64,000 nt of DNA from a bacterium (GTDB taxonomy: Bacteria > Bdellovibrionota_C > UBA2361 > CALJRW01): assembly GCA_031385045.1 (NCBI GenBank), contig JANNBC010000024.1, positions 128,001 through 192,000 on the forward strand, written 5' to 3'. Below the pieces are notes generated by a model. The model saw only the letters and a program-made list of their open reading frames with translations. It ran no database searches and was not told the origin of the DNA. Of the stretch, positions 8,712-17,970 are shown piece by piece. The translations under genes and the position numbers were made by a program. The stretch's first letter is position 1. The number at the start of each line of letters is the position of its first letter.

Positions 8712-10814
8712 ATGCTAAAAATTAGTGATTTGCTTGGCAGTTTACCCTTGGCTGAATTCGTTCAGCAAGATCCTAAGCTTAATCGCGATCTCCGAGAATA
8801 CAGTTTTACAAATTATGATCGGAATAGCTTACTTGGAAAACTTTCCGCTTTAAATTCTCAAGATTCTCACGGAAATGATTTAACTCACATGGCTGGTATT
8901 AGAGGGCAGTATAATACATTAAATTTTCTAAATTACTTTGAAAAATTAGGGATGGATATTAATCGTCCAAATAATTATGGTTTTACACCACTTCATTTAG
9001 CAGTAATTTTTGGACATCTAGATATTGTTTCAGAATTATTAAAGAAAGGTTTCGATTCCAACGTACTAATATCCTTAGCAACGAAATCTTTATCTTTTTT
9101 AAGTAACAAGAATTTTCAGCTACTTCAAAAAAGAACGGATCTAAAGTTATGGGATCAGGACTATGTAAAGTCACTGAGTCTGATCCAAATTGCCGCGATC
9201 ACAAAAGATCAAAGAATGATCTGTCTTTTACTTAAGTCTGGAGCAAATCCTGATTGTCAGATAGGAGATGAAAGCTTTGTAAGTTATTTGCTTAGTAATA
9301 ATTTTACAGATTCAGTTTGTACATTATTAAATACTGCAGAAAAAGATTTTCTTAAAAAAGCACAGTCGGAAGCGGGATTATTCAATTATTTTTTAAAGAA
9401 TCGAAATGATAATCTTTTAGGAATTTTAGTTAATAAAATTGGAATTCCCGAAGAAGTTTTAGCCAAAGACTTCTTTAATTTTTTAGCAAAAGTAACGGAC
9501 TCTGATTTTGAGAATTATTCTTGGAAGCCGCAATACTTTAAAAAACCTCATCAGTTATTAGTAGGACAAATATTTCGTGACCGTTTTGGCAGTTATGAAG
9601 CGGGATTATTAAATTTAAAAGACAAAAAGCAGGTCTTAACTTTAATAAGAAACATTAAAGTATTATTGACTGATTTTAATGCTTTTAAAAAGGAATTAGT
9701 AAAACTTGTTCCCGAGTATCAATCACTTCTTGATCAGCTTAGCCCTAAAGGTAAAATTCAAAATAAGAGTTTTGGACAAGTAGTTTTTTATATTGCTAAA
9801 TTAGCGGAACAAGTAGATTGCGATACTCCTTTCCAAGAATCGAGCCACTTTTACAGAATTCTTGCTAATACAATTCGCGAGCAACAGAGTTTAAGGATTT
9901 CCTGGTCAGAATATTTACACCATAAGATTGAAGGAAATATTTACAAACTTGATGGTTTTAATGATGTTCTAAATGAATATCAGAATGCTGTAATTTACCC
10001 TTCTCTGGTTAATCGATTATTAGAACAAGGATTTAAATTTGAAGATATTAGGAAAAAAGATCTTTGGTTAAGCTATTCTAGTAAGGAAATCGCCCTGGAA
10101 CATTTATTAGATGACAAATCAATTGGAAATATTTTTAGGTTTAATACTCTGTGGCACAGAACGGATATGCGTTTACCAGAAGCAGCATGCCCTGACTTAG
10201 AAAATAATAAGTGGGCAGCGATCATTCCCAATTCTAGTTGGCCAATGGATTCTAGATATACTGTGGTGAATTTAAGAACAGGTGCTGAATTAGCGCAAGA
10301 AGGGAATGATATGAGGCATTGTGTAAAAGGTCGTACATATTCCTGTAGTAATGCTGATAGTCATATTTTAAGTATTCGCGATCATGGAAAATCATTGGCA
10401 ACAGTTGAAGTATCTCTTAGCGAACTTAAAAATGGCAAGATCGGCTTGATAGTTAAAGAAATTAAGGGGCCACGTAATTGCAAGCCATCTGTACAAGCAG
10501 AACATGTTATGAAAAATTTTTTGGAGGCAATTGATCAGGGAGCATTAGTTATTAATAAAATTGACCGATTGGAAACTCAAAGAAAAAATAGAGAAGCTGA
10601 TTCTCATAGAGATTATATTCTGAAAACCTATGTCCGACCAGGGGTTGCTCCTGATGGCGCAATTCAACATTACGCGGGGCTTCGAATATATATGAATAGA
10701 GATGGACAAGAAAAATTTATGTTAGGAGCCTTTCGACCAGCAGGTTATTTACTGCATGAAATTATATCAAAAAGAATTGCTCAATTAAAGTTTAGATTAC
10801 CTGAAGCGGCATAA
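8712..10814 (+). CDS. Ankyrin-repeat protein with C-terminal PcfJ-like domain (paralog 2)
   Basis: QDSHGNDLTHMAG, NNYGFTPLHLAVIFGHLDIVSELL; C-terminal LAQEGNDMRHCV...SHILSIRD...LATVEV...EIKGPRN. Confidence 0.85.
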   Translation: MLKISDLLGSLPLAEFVQQDPKLNRDLREYSFTNYDRNSLLGKLSALNSQDSHGNDLTHMAGIRGQYNTLNFLNYFEKLGMDINRPNNYGFTPLHLAVIFGHLDIVSELLKKGFDSNVLISLATKSLSFLSNKNFQLLQKRTDLKLWDQDYVKSLSLIQIAAITKDQRMICLLLKSGANPDCQIGDESFVSYLLSNNFTDSVCTLLNTAEKDFLKKAQSEAGLFNYFLKNRNDNLLGILVNKIGIPEEVLAKDFFNFLAKVTDSDFENYSWKPQYFKKPHQLLVGQIFRDRFGSYEAGLLNLKDKKQVLTLIRNIKVLLTDFNAFKKELVKLVPEYQSLLDQLSPKGKIQNKSFGQVVFYIAKLAEQVDCDTPFQESSHFYRILANTIREQQSLRISWSEYLHHKIEGNIYKLDGFNDVLNEYQNAVIYPSLVNRLLEQGFKFEDIRKKDLWLSYSSKEIALEHLLDDKSIGNIFRFNTLWHRTDMRLPEAACPDLENNKWAAIIPNSSWPMDSRYTVVNLRTGAELAQEGNDMRHCVKGRTYSCSNADSHILSIRDHGKSLATVEVSLSELKNGKIGLIVKEIKGPRNCKPSVQAEHVMKNFLEAIDQGALVINKIDRLETQRKNREADSHRDYILKTYVRPGVAPDGAIQHYAGLRIYMNRDGQEKFMLGAFRPAGYLLHEIISKRIAQLKFRLPEAA

Positions 10815-10840
10815 TTTTTTAAAAACTTAGAGATTTTCAA

Positions 10841-12931
10841 ATGTCATCCGTAACTTATTTGCTTGGAAAGATACCGGTAGCTGAAAATGTTACTCCAACT
10901 TCGGATTATGATGCATGCTTCCGTAGATTTCACTTCTCGGTAAGAGAACGCAGTAAAAATCTTGATCAAGTTAAAGCATTAAATGTTCAAGATAGTTATG
11001 CGAACGATCTATCACATGTTGCTAGTATTCGAGGACGTTTAGATGCATTACAATTACTAGCAAAACGTGGGATGGATATTGATCGTCCCAATAATTTAGG
11101 ATTTACACCACTAACGATTGCCGTGCTTTTGGGACATCACCAAGTAGTTGCTGGGTTATTAAAATTAGGGGCATCTCCAGACAATTTATTCCCCCTCTAC
11201 TCTAAAGCACCAGTCTTCTTTGGGGATAAATATGTTCATTTTTTCAAAAATCGAATTAACCAACCTAGAGTCCTTGAAACTTTACCACTAGAGTTAACTT
11301 CCTTGCAATTCGCAACATTAATAAAAGATGAAAAAATGATCTGCTTATTACTTGAAAATAAAGCAAATCCGAATAGCAAATTACTTGGGAAATCAATCGT
11401 TACCTATTTTTTCTCTGCTAATATGAAAGAAGCAATAGAAAAGTTTATTTCAATGGCTAGTTCAGAAGCAATTAAGCTAGTTCAAGCAGAATTTCCGTTA
11501 GCTCTTACCTGTTTAAAACACAAAAAATTTAATTTAGTTAAAGATATAATTGATAAAGTAGGTGTAGATCGGGATACTTTTACGGATGAATTTTTTGATG
11601 CTTGGAGCTCAGAAAACTTTTTAATCGGCTATAAAATGAAGAGCCGACTTAATTTATTAAATAAATATTTAATAAAAAAAATTAGCACAAGTGAACTTGG
11701 AGCAGGTTTAGAGATTTTAAAGGATTTTCCTTTAGAACATAAAATAAATGAAAAAATTAGACTCATGCGTATTCTAGTTAATGGCTTTGATACTATAAAA
11801 AAGGGAATTCTTGCCGAAGAACCAAAATTTGAAAAACTTTTAAATCAATTAATACCACATGGGAAATTGCAAAATAAGAACTTTGGACAAGTAGTTTGCT
11901 ATGTTTCCTTTTTACTTGCTGCGATCCATCCTGAAGATAATCACCTTAGTATTCCTCATTTATATAAGATATTAACAAATACTATCAGGGAACAGCAACA
12001 TTTAAGAATGACTTGGTCGCAATATGTCAGCCAAAAAATAGAAGCTAATGTTTATAAAATTGATGGTTTTGTTGATGTCATCAAAGAATATCAAAATGCT
12101 GTAATTTATCCTTCCTTAGTTAATAAACTTTTAAAAGAAGGGTTGGATTTTAGGTCGATTATTGCCCAAGAGACAGAATTAGATCGGCGAGCATTAAAGC
12201 TGGCACTTGAGCATATTGTTGATGACAAATCGATTGGTAGTCTTTTTCGCTTTAATACTCTTTGGCATCGACCGGATATGAGACTGCCTGATGCTAGTTG
12301 TCCTGATCTGGAAAATATCAAATGGCAACCTGTACTACCAAATGGTTTATGGCAAATGGATTCAAGGTTTAGTGTTGTAAATCTACGAAGTGGAAGAGAG
12401 TTAACAGAGGAAGGAGTTGCAATGAAGCACTGTGTTAGTTCTAGAGCTGACCGTTGTGCTAGGGGAGAGTCGCATGTTTTAAGTATTAAAGATCAAGGTC
12501 GATCGATTGCAACAGTAGAAGTTTCAATTGTAGACAACCAAGAGAAAGGTAGAACTTTGCAAGTAATTGAATTTAGAGGAGTTGCCAACCAAGCAGCGCC
12601 AAAAGAAGCGATTATTGTATTAGATAGAATGATTGCAGAAGTTGCTGAAAAGAGATTAAGAATTAATGATATTCCAATAAAAGAACTTCAAAAAGCTACT
12701 AGTGAAGCAGATGCTTTAAATTCCTATATTAGAAAATCTTATGTTCGCCCAGGAGTTGAGCCGCAAGGTGCCTTAACTCACTATGCCGGATTAAAAATAT
12801 TTATGAATCGAACTGATCAAAAGAAATTTCTGCTTGGTGCATTTAGAGAGGATGGTTATGATCTAGGAAGACTAATCGCCTGCAGTATTGATCAACTCGA
12901 AATCAAAGAGCAGGCATTAACAGATCTATAA
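10841..12931 (+). CDS. Ankyrin-repeat protein with C-terminal PcfJ-like domain (paralog 3)
   Basis: NNLGFTPLTIAVLLGHHQVVAGLL; LTEEGVAMKHCV...SHVLSIKD...IATVEV...EFRGVAN; colinear with paralog 2. Confidence 0.85.
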   Translation: MSSVTYLLGKIPVAENVTPTSDYDACFRRFHFSVRERSKNLDQVKALNVQDSYANDLSHVASIRGRLDALQLLAKRGMDIDRPNNLGFTPLTIAVLLGHHQVVAGLLKLGASPDNLFPLYSKAPVFFGDKYVHFFKNRINQPRVLETLPLELTSLQFATLIKDEKMICLLLENKANPNSKLLGKSIVTYFFSANMKEAIEKFISMASSEAIKLVQAEFPLALTCLKHKKFNLVKDIIDKVGVDRDTFTDEFFDAWSSENFLIGYKMKSRLNLLNKYLIKKISTSELGAGLEILKDFPLEHKINEKIRLMRILVNGFDTIKKGILAEEPKFEKLLNQLIPHGKLQNKNFGQVVCYVSFLLAAIHPEDNHLSIPHLYKILTNTIREQQHLRMTWSQYVSQKIEANVYKIDGFVDVIKEYQNAVIYPSLVNKLLKEGLDFRSIIAQETELDRRALKLALEHIVDDKSIGSLFRFNTLWHRPDMRLPDASCPDLENIKWQPVLPNGLWQMDSRFSVVNLRSGRELTEEGVAMKHCVSSRADRCARGESHVLSIKDQGRSIATVEVSIVDNQEKGRTLQVIEFRGVANQAAPKEAIIVLDRMIAEVAEKRLRINDIPIKELQKATSEADALNSYIRKSYVRPGVEPQGALTHYAGLKIFMNRTDQKKFLLGAFREDGYDLGRLIACSIDQLEIKEQALTDL

Positions 12932-12946
12932 ATTTATTAAGTATTT

Positions 12947-14971
12947 ATGAAAAAAGTCTCAAAGTTTTTCCAAGATATAAATTTAGCTGAACATGTATTA
13001 CCAGATGCGAACAATGATATAATTTTAGCTAATTGTGTATTTAAAACTAAAAATAAGCTGGAACTAAAGCTTATTAGTCATCTAAATATACAGGATTCTT
13101 ATGGTAATGATTTGACCCACTATGCTGCACTAAGAAACCAACTAAGTCTTTTGTTATATTTAGAGAGTCGGGGATTAAACTTAGATCGACCTAATATTCA
13201 TGGATTAACTCCACTACATTTAGCATTAATGACCGAGTCGCAGCAGGCAACTACTTTCTTGATTAAACGGGGAGCAAATTTAGAACAAGTATTTAATCTT
13301 CCTAAGCCAGATCAAGAACTCTTTTTTGCACCTAGCAGTTTAGTTAAGAAGATTGTTAATCGATCCTTATCGATGTGTGAACAGCCAGAACTCAGTGCAA
13401 TTCAACTAGCAGCTTATAATTTAGATAGAGTTGCTCTAAAGCAAATGTTTTTAGCTAAGTCGAATCTGAGTTCAAATATGAACGGAGAGGACTTAGGTAG
13501 TTTTCTTTTACGAGAAGATCGCGAAATTTTCCGATCGTATCTGGAACATTTAAATTTAAATAAGCTCTTTGATATTTGGAAAGAAATTGATTGCGACGAG
13601 CGAATAAAATTGTCTGGGAAAGTTAGGGAGTCTTTAAATAATTCAGAGTCAATAATCAAAACCGAGCTATCGCAAGATTTATCTGAGACTTTGAACCGTG
13701 GGGATTTTCTTCACTTAGTTTTAAAAACTAAAATAAATCAGCTTTTTTGTTCAAAAACAGAGCCGTTGATTGAACATTTTTGTAAGTCAAATTGTGATGG
13801 CGTTCAAGCTTTATATTATCTAAAAGAGCTTTATAATAATTTTAGAATTATCGAAGATCAATTAATTGACAGATTTCCGGCCTCAAAACCTATTCTTCAT
13901 GACTTAGTGCATCAGGGTAGGATAGTTAATAAGAGATTTGGGGAAGTGATCCTATATATACTAGCAACAATTGGAGAAATTTTACCAGATGAAGATCCGA
14001 TGCAAAGTGGAGCCTTTATTCCAATTCTTGAGAATACAATCAAAGAACAGCAGCGTTTGAAACTTAGTTGGGCAGAGTATGTCTCTCAAAAAATTTTAGC
14101 AAATAATTATAAAATCTCCGGTTTAGGGGATTTATTCAATGAATATCGCAACTCTATAATTTTCCCCTGTTTAGTAAATAAATTATTGGAAACGGGACAA
14201 GATATTTCTGCAATTATGGAAAATTCAAAGTCATTAGATCGAATTGCATCTAAAATTACTCTGGAGCAAATCATCCAAGATAAATCACTGGGAAGTTTAT
14301 TTCGATTTAATACTCTTTGGCATCGTGCTGATATGCGTTTGCCTGAATCGGCCTGTCCCGATCTAGAACTTATTGGATGGGCACAAATTATCCCAGGTGG
14401 AGTTTGGCAGATGGATAGCACCTTTAAGATTGTGGAATTAAATTCTGGCAAAAAACTGGAAATTGAAGGTCAGGAGATGCATCATTGCGTAAGGAGTCGG
14501 ACTGGTAGTTGTGTTGATGGCAGATCACATATTTTTAGTATTAAAGAAAATAATTCTAGTATCGCTACTATTGAAATCCGCTTAGATAAAAGTAGTTCGG
14601 GACATGTAGCACTGGAAGTCACTGAAATGAAGGGGCCTGGCAATGCTCCTTGCTCACAAGCTGCCAAGAATGTTTGGTCAAATTTCATTTCCAAATATAA
14701 TAATGGAGACATCTCCCTAAATTTTTCAGCACTTGGCGCATCTAAAGATGAACAGCAATATTTTACTCCATTGATGAACAATTATTTAGCTAAGACATAT
14801 GTGCGACCTGGCAGACATCCGATTGGAGCTATAAATCATTATGCCGAATTAAAAATATGGATGAATCGTACTAACGAAGTGAAGTTTCTTTTTGGAGCTT
14901 TTCGGTCAAAAGACTTTAGACCTCATCAAATTTTAAAAGATGCCATTGAACATAATACCGAGGCGGCCTAA
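12947..14971 (+). CDS. Ankyrin-repeat protein with C-terminal PcfJ-like domain (paralog 4)
   Basis: QDSYGNDLTHYAA, NIHGLTPLHLAL; LEIEGQEMHHCV...SHIFSIKE...IATIEI...EMKGPGN. Confidence 0.85.
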   Translation: MKKVSKFFQDINLAEHVLPDANNDIILANCVFKTKNKLELKLISHLNIQDSYGNDLTHYAALRNQLSLLLYLESRGLNLDRPNIHGLTPLHLALMTESQQATTFLIKRGANLEQVFNLPKPDQELFFAPSSLVKKIVNRSLSMCEQPELSAIQLAAYNLDRVALKQMFLAKSNLSSNMNGEDLGSFLLREDREIFRSYLEHLNLNKLFDIWKEIDCDERIKLSGKVRESLNNSESIIKTELSQDLSETLNRGDFLHLVLKTKINQLFCSKTEPLIEHFCKSNCDGVQALYYLKELYNNFRIIEDQLIDRFPASKPILHDLVHQGRIVNKRFGEVILYILATIGEILPDEDPMQSGAFIPILENTIKEQQRLKLSWAEYVSQKILANNYKISGLGDLFNEYRNSIIFPCLVNKLLETGQDISAIMENSKSLDRIASKITLEQIIQDKSLGSLFRFNTLWHRADMRLPESACPDLELIGWAQIIPGGVWQMDSTFKIVELNSGKKLEIEGQEMHHCVRSRTGSCVDGRSHIFSIKENNSSIATIEIRLDKSSSGHVALEVTEMKGPGNAPCSQAAKNVWSNFISKYNNGDISLNFSALGASKDEQQYFTPLMNNYLAKTYVRPGRHPIGAINHYAELKIWMNRTNEVKFLFGAFRSKDFRPHQILKDAIEHNTEAA

Positions 14972-15241
14972 GTTTAATGTTTGGGGAAACCAAAACACCT
15001 AAAATGCGCTAAAGCCTATTGGGTTTGAATATACTTTCACCTGCACGTCACCTTGTGCCATGCCTCCTCTTGTAATCGCAACTTACTAAATATCCATAAA
15101 ATAAATAGTAAATTGGACATGTTAGCTTTCTATTTTGGGTTTTGAACCTGCTTACTAATTAACTTCATCATAATAGCTGTTTACAATACCTAAAATTTTA
15201 CTGGCTACATGTAAGATCAATTTTTATAAAAGAAAAATTCT

Positions 15242-15709
15242 ATGACAGCAGGATTAGCAGCATTAGGACAGAGTGTCGATATATCCAAATTAGATGGGGA
15301 CACTCGCTTGGCTCGAGTAGTTCAGCATTATATTGCTGTTGCTAATAGTTTAGTAAATGCTAGCGAAGTTTCCCGAGAGTTATCAGATCACTGGCCATTA
15401 ATTACTAGAGAACTTAGTCAGCCGGGGGCGGTTCACATGGATCCGGCAGTTGATGGTGGGCTAAAGATTGGTGGGTACACTTTTCGTGTTAACCAAGAAA
15501 CAAAGTTAATTGAAGTCCATGATTATCATTTTGGTGAGGGCGAGCCATTGTTTACACTTTCTAGTGCAGGTCAGATTGCTAGGAATTATCAAAATCCTAG
15601 CGATGTTAATTATAGTGAAGATCCGGTTCGAATGGTTTTTAGAGAGATTGGTAAATTATATACCCCAGAGACCTTACGACAAGCTTTTGAATGGGAACCT
15701 AAGGCTTAA
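15242..15709 (+). CDS. Hypothetical protein
   Basis: 155-aa ATG-started ORF filling the gap; no recognised motif. Confidence 0.65.
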   Translation: MTAGLAALGQSVDISKLDGDTRLARVVQHYIAVANSLVNASEVSRELSDHWPLITRELSQPGAVHMDPAVDGGLKIGGYTFRVNQETKLIEVHDYHFGEGEPLFTLSSAGQIARNYQNPSDVNYSEDPVRMVFREIGKLYTPETLRQAFEWEPKA

Positions 15710-15953
15710 GATTAGATTGGGTTAGTTTTGATTTTATTAGTTGCAGTTCTTCTAAAGTAGATAAATTACTTTGTTTTTGCTTTGCTAGTCTGTACCAATA
15801 ATTAGCATTGGAGTTATCACCTTCAATCTTATGCAAGATTGCATGAATCCAATAGGCATAAGGCTGATCTAGATCCTGAACAATCTGGTGAGCATCTTCC
15901 CATTTACCAAGTATGGCTAGATCCACTGCTTGGATAATGAGCTGCTGTGACAT
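15699..15953 (-). CDS. Small conserved hypothetical helical protein
   Basis: W.DAH.IVQ...AYWIHAILHKIEGD.SNA.YWY is a recurrent pattern in uncharacterised bacterial proteins; translationally coupled to the AsmA gene. Confidence 0.75.
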   Translation of the reverse strand: MSQQLIIQAVDLAILGKWEDAHQIVQDLDQPYAYWIHAILHKIEGDNSNANYWYRLAKQKQSNLSTLEELQLIKSKLTQSNLKP

Positions 15954-17869
15954 TAAAATCCAAATTTATTTAATAAATCTTTTCCAGTTTCTCCTAGCTT
16001 ATCCTTAACTTTTTCTTTGACTTTATCTTGGATTGCTTTAGTTGCAGCAAGTTCAATTAGACGTTTTAGGTTTGGAACAATGATTAAATGTTTTTGTGTG
16101 CCCCTAATCACTAATGGTAAGACTAGTTGGCCATTTTTATCTAGAATTTTCTCTAGTTCCTTAGTCTTGGACGCAAGGGCAGCAGAAAATGCTTTGTTAA
16201 AAGTAATTTCTGAATTTAGATTAATAGTTTTATCTAAACCAATTGTTCCGTCTGCCGTAAGATTAAAGATTGTACTAAGCAGAGTTAAAGAATTAAGTTT
16301 CAAACTAGAGTTAGCTAAAGTAAAGTTAGTTTTTAGCTCATTAATTGCAGTATCCTCACCAGTAACTTCTCCACGAAGTGATTCCGGAACAGCATCTAAT
16401 AAAGATCCAGCAATAAAAGGTAAGTCTTTAACTACTGCCAATACTTTAGCAGGAAGATTAGTGCCTTTTAATGTTCCCTTAGTTAATAGAAGCTCTCCCT
16501 GAGCTCCAAGTGAACTCATTAGTTTTGGCCCCAGACTTCCATTTGCTTTTAAGTTTAATGAATTAAGAGTCCCAGCAAAAGTTTCTAAAATTGGCATCGG
16601 CAGTGCTTGATAGGCTTGTCCTAAGTCCAGTGCTGTCAATTTCGCAGTTGTTTGAAAAGTTTGTGATTTTAAATTAGTTCCACCAGAAATATTTGCTGTT
16701 CCACCAAAAATTTTGACTAAGGCATTTTCAACTGTGGCATCAGATCCTGCTAAGTTGGCATTAAAGGTAGCAGTCATAGGAGCATTACCTACAAGTAGAT
16801 TTAAATCATTTGAGGAGACATTTTGTTTTGTTAAGTTTGCTTGTAAATTTAAGTTGCCTCTCAGCTTAGTAACGGCAATGCTACCAAGATTTGCCATGAT
16901 GTCGGCAAGTTTAATTGTGCCATTGGCATTAATTTCTTTAGCATTGTTAATTGCTATTTTGATTTCAGGAGTTACACTTCCAGCGACTCCCAGGGCTTTT
17001 AATGCCGGAGTAAAGGCGGTTAGAGCACTAGCAACTTTTGCTAAATCAAGATTTTTGCCTGTTAAGCTAGTCGTACCCTGAAAGGCCTTAAGATTAAAAT
17101 CAGAGTTTACTTGAAATTCTGTATCTAATAATTTCGCAACAAGTGTTGGTAAGCTGAGATTTTGTTCCTTTAAATCAAAAGTTATCTCCTTAGATTCTAA
17201 TGCTAACTTTGTAATTCCAGTGATTTCAGTATCAACGGTTAATTCACAAAGCTTAGCCAGACTTCCTGCTAGTTCCACAACGGCACCAACACTTAGGGGA
17301 GTTATAATAAATTTTTTGTTGCTCACTTGATCTTGAAACTCAATTGTTGCATCGCTAATTTGAAATTTTTCTAAGGCAATTTCAATCCCACCTGGGATTG
17401 ATTGGGGAGCTGTAGTCTTTGTTAGAGCAGACTCAGAGGGAGTTGAAGCGGGCAGCCCTTCGCTGTTTTTTTCAGGCACCGGAAGTCCATCGATCTGAAT
17501 GCCAGTTTTAGTTTTAATAATTTTAATGCTAGGACTTGTTACTGTTAGTTCCTTTATTAATAATTTCTTTTTAAGTAATTCTAGAATTGCAACGTCTAGT
17601 TTAATACCCTTAATGGCTATTCCCGGAGAGGTCGCGGTCTTACCAATTGTTAGGCTTTCAACATCCACAATCGCATTTGGAAAAACTTTGAGGTTTAGAG
17701 CGCCCAGTTGAACTGGTGTTTTAAGGAGGACACTAATCTTTGATTCTAGAAATGGCTTATTGTTATTAAGTATCTTTTGACCATTTTGAACTAGGTAAAA
17801 GCTAAGGCCTGAGATTAGTACGATCATGACAACGAGCAGAATTAATGCTAATTTAACAATTTTCTTCAT
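15953..17869 (-). CDS. AsmA-family protein
   Basis: N-terminal membrane anchor, beta-rich repeats, AsmA-like C-terminus (NLTADGTIGLDKTINL...LPLVIRGT). Confidence 0.8.
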   Translation of the reverse strand: MKKIVKLALILLVVMIVLISGLSFYLVQNGQKILNNNKPFLESKISVLLKTPVQLGALNLKVFPNAIVDVESLTIGKTATSPGIAIKGIKLDVAILELLKKKLLIKELTVTSPSIKIIKTKTGIQIDGLPVPEKNSEGLPASTPSESALTKTTAPQSIPGGIEIALEKFQISDATIEFQDQVSNKKFIITPLSVGAVVELAGSLAKLCELTVDTEITGITKLALESKEITFDLKEQNLSLPTLVAKLLDTEFQVNSDFNLKAFQGTTSLTGKNLDLAKVASALTAFTPALKALGVAGSVTPEIKIAINNAKEINANGTIKLADIMANLGSIAVTKLRGNLNLQANLTKQNVSSNDLNLLVGNAPMTATFNANLAGSDATVENALVKIFGGTANISGGTNLKSQTFQTTAKLTALDLGQAYQALPMPILETFAGTLNSLNLKANGSLGPKLMSSLGAQGELLLTKGTLKGTNLPAKVLAVVKDLPFIAGSLLDAVPESLRGEVTGEDTAINELKTNFTLANSSLKLNSLTLLSTIFNLTADGTIGLDKTINLNSEITFNKAFSAALASKTKELEKILDKNGQLVLPLVIRGTQKHLIIVPNLKRLIELAATKAIQDKVKEKVKDKLGETGKDLLNKFGF

Positions 17870-17970
17870 AACAAGAACTTTATTTTAAAAAGAATTTTTG
17901 GCACCGAGCTTAAGCCTCATTGAAATGTAATTAATTTAGAGAGCAGTTAAATTGGATTAGTTGAATTATT

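Noticed and set aside
8712..14971. Possible DGR, CRISPR or recent DNA-level tandem repeat behind the ankyrin paralogs
   Set aside because: Similarity is at protein level with many synonymous differences; no reverse transcriptase, template repeat or spaced direct repeats seen.
14999..15061. 20-codon minus-strand ORF MAQGDVQVKVYSNPIGFSAF behind AGAGGAGG
   Set aside because: SD lies only about 1 nt from the ATG and the ORF is too short to support.
15242..15709. C-terminus WEPKA matching the PKA end of the Pro-rich peptide
   Set aside because: Three-residue match with no other similarity; likely chance.
4984..15709. Intact prophage
   Set aside because: No capsid, terminase, tail, integrase or lysis genes; only individual phage-like domains.
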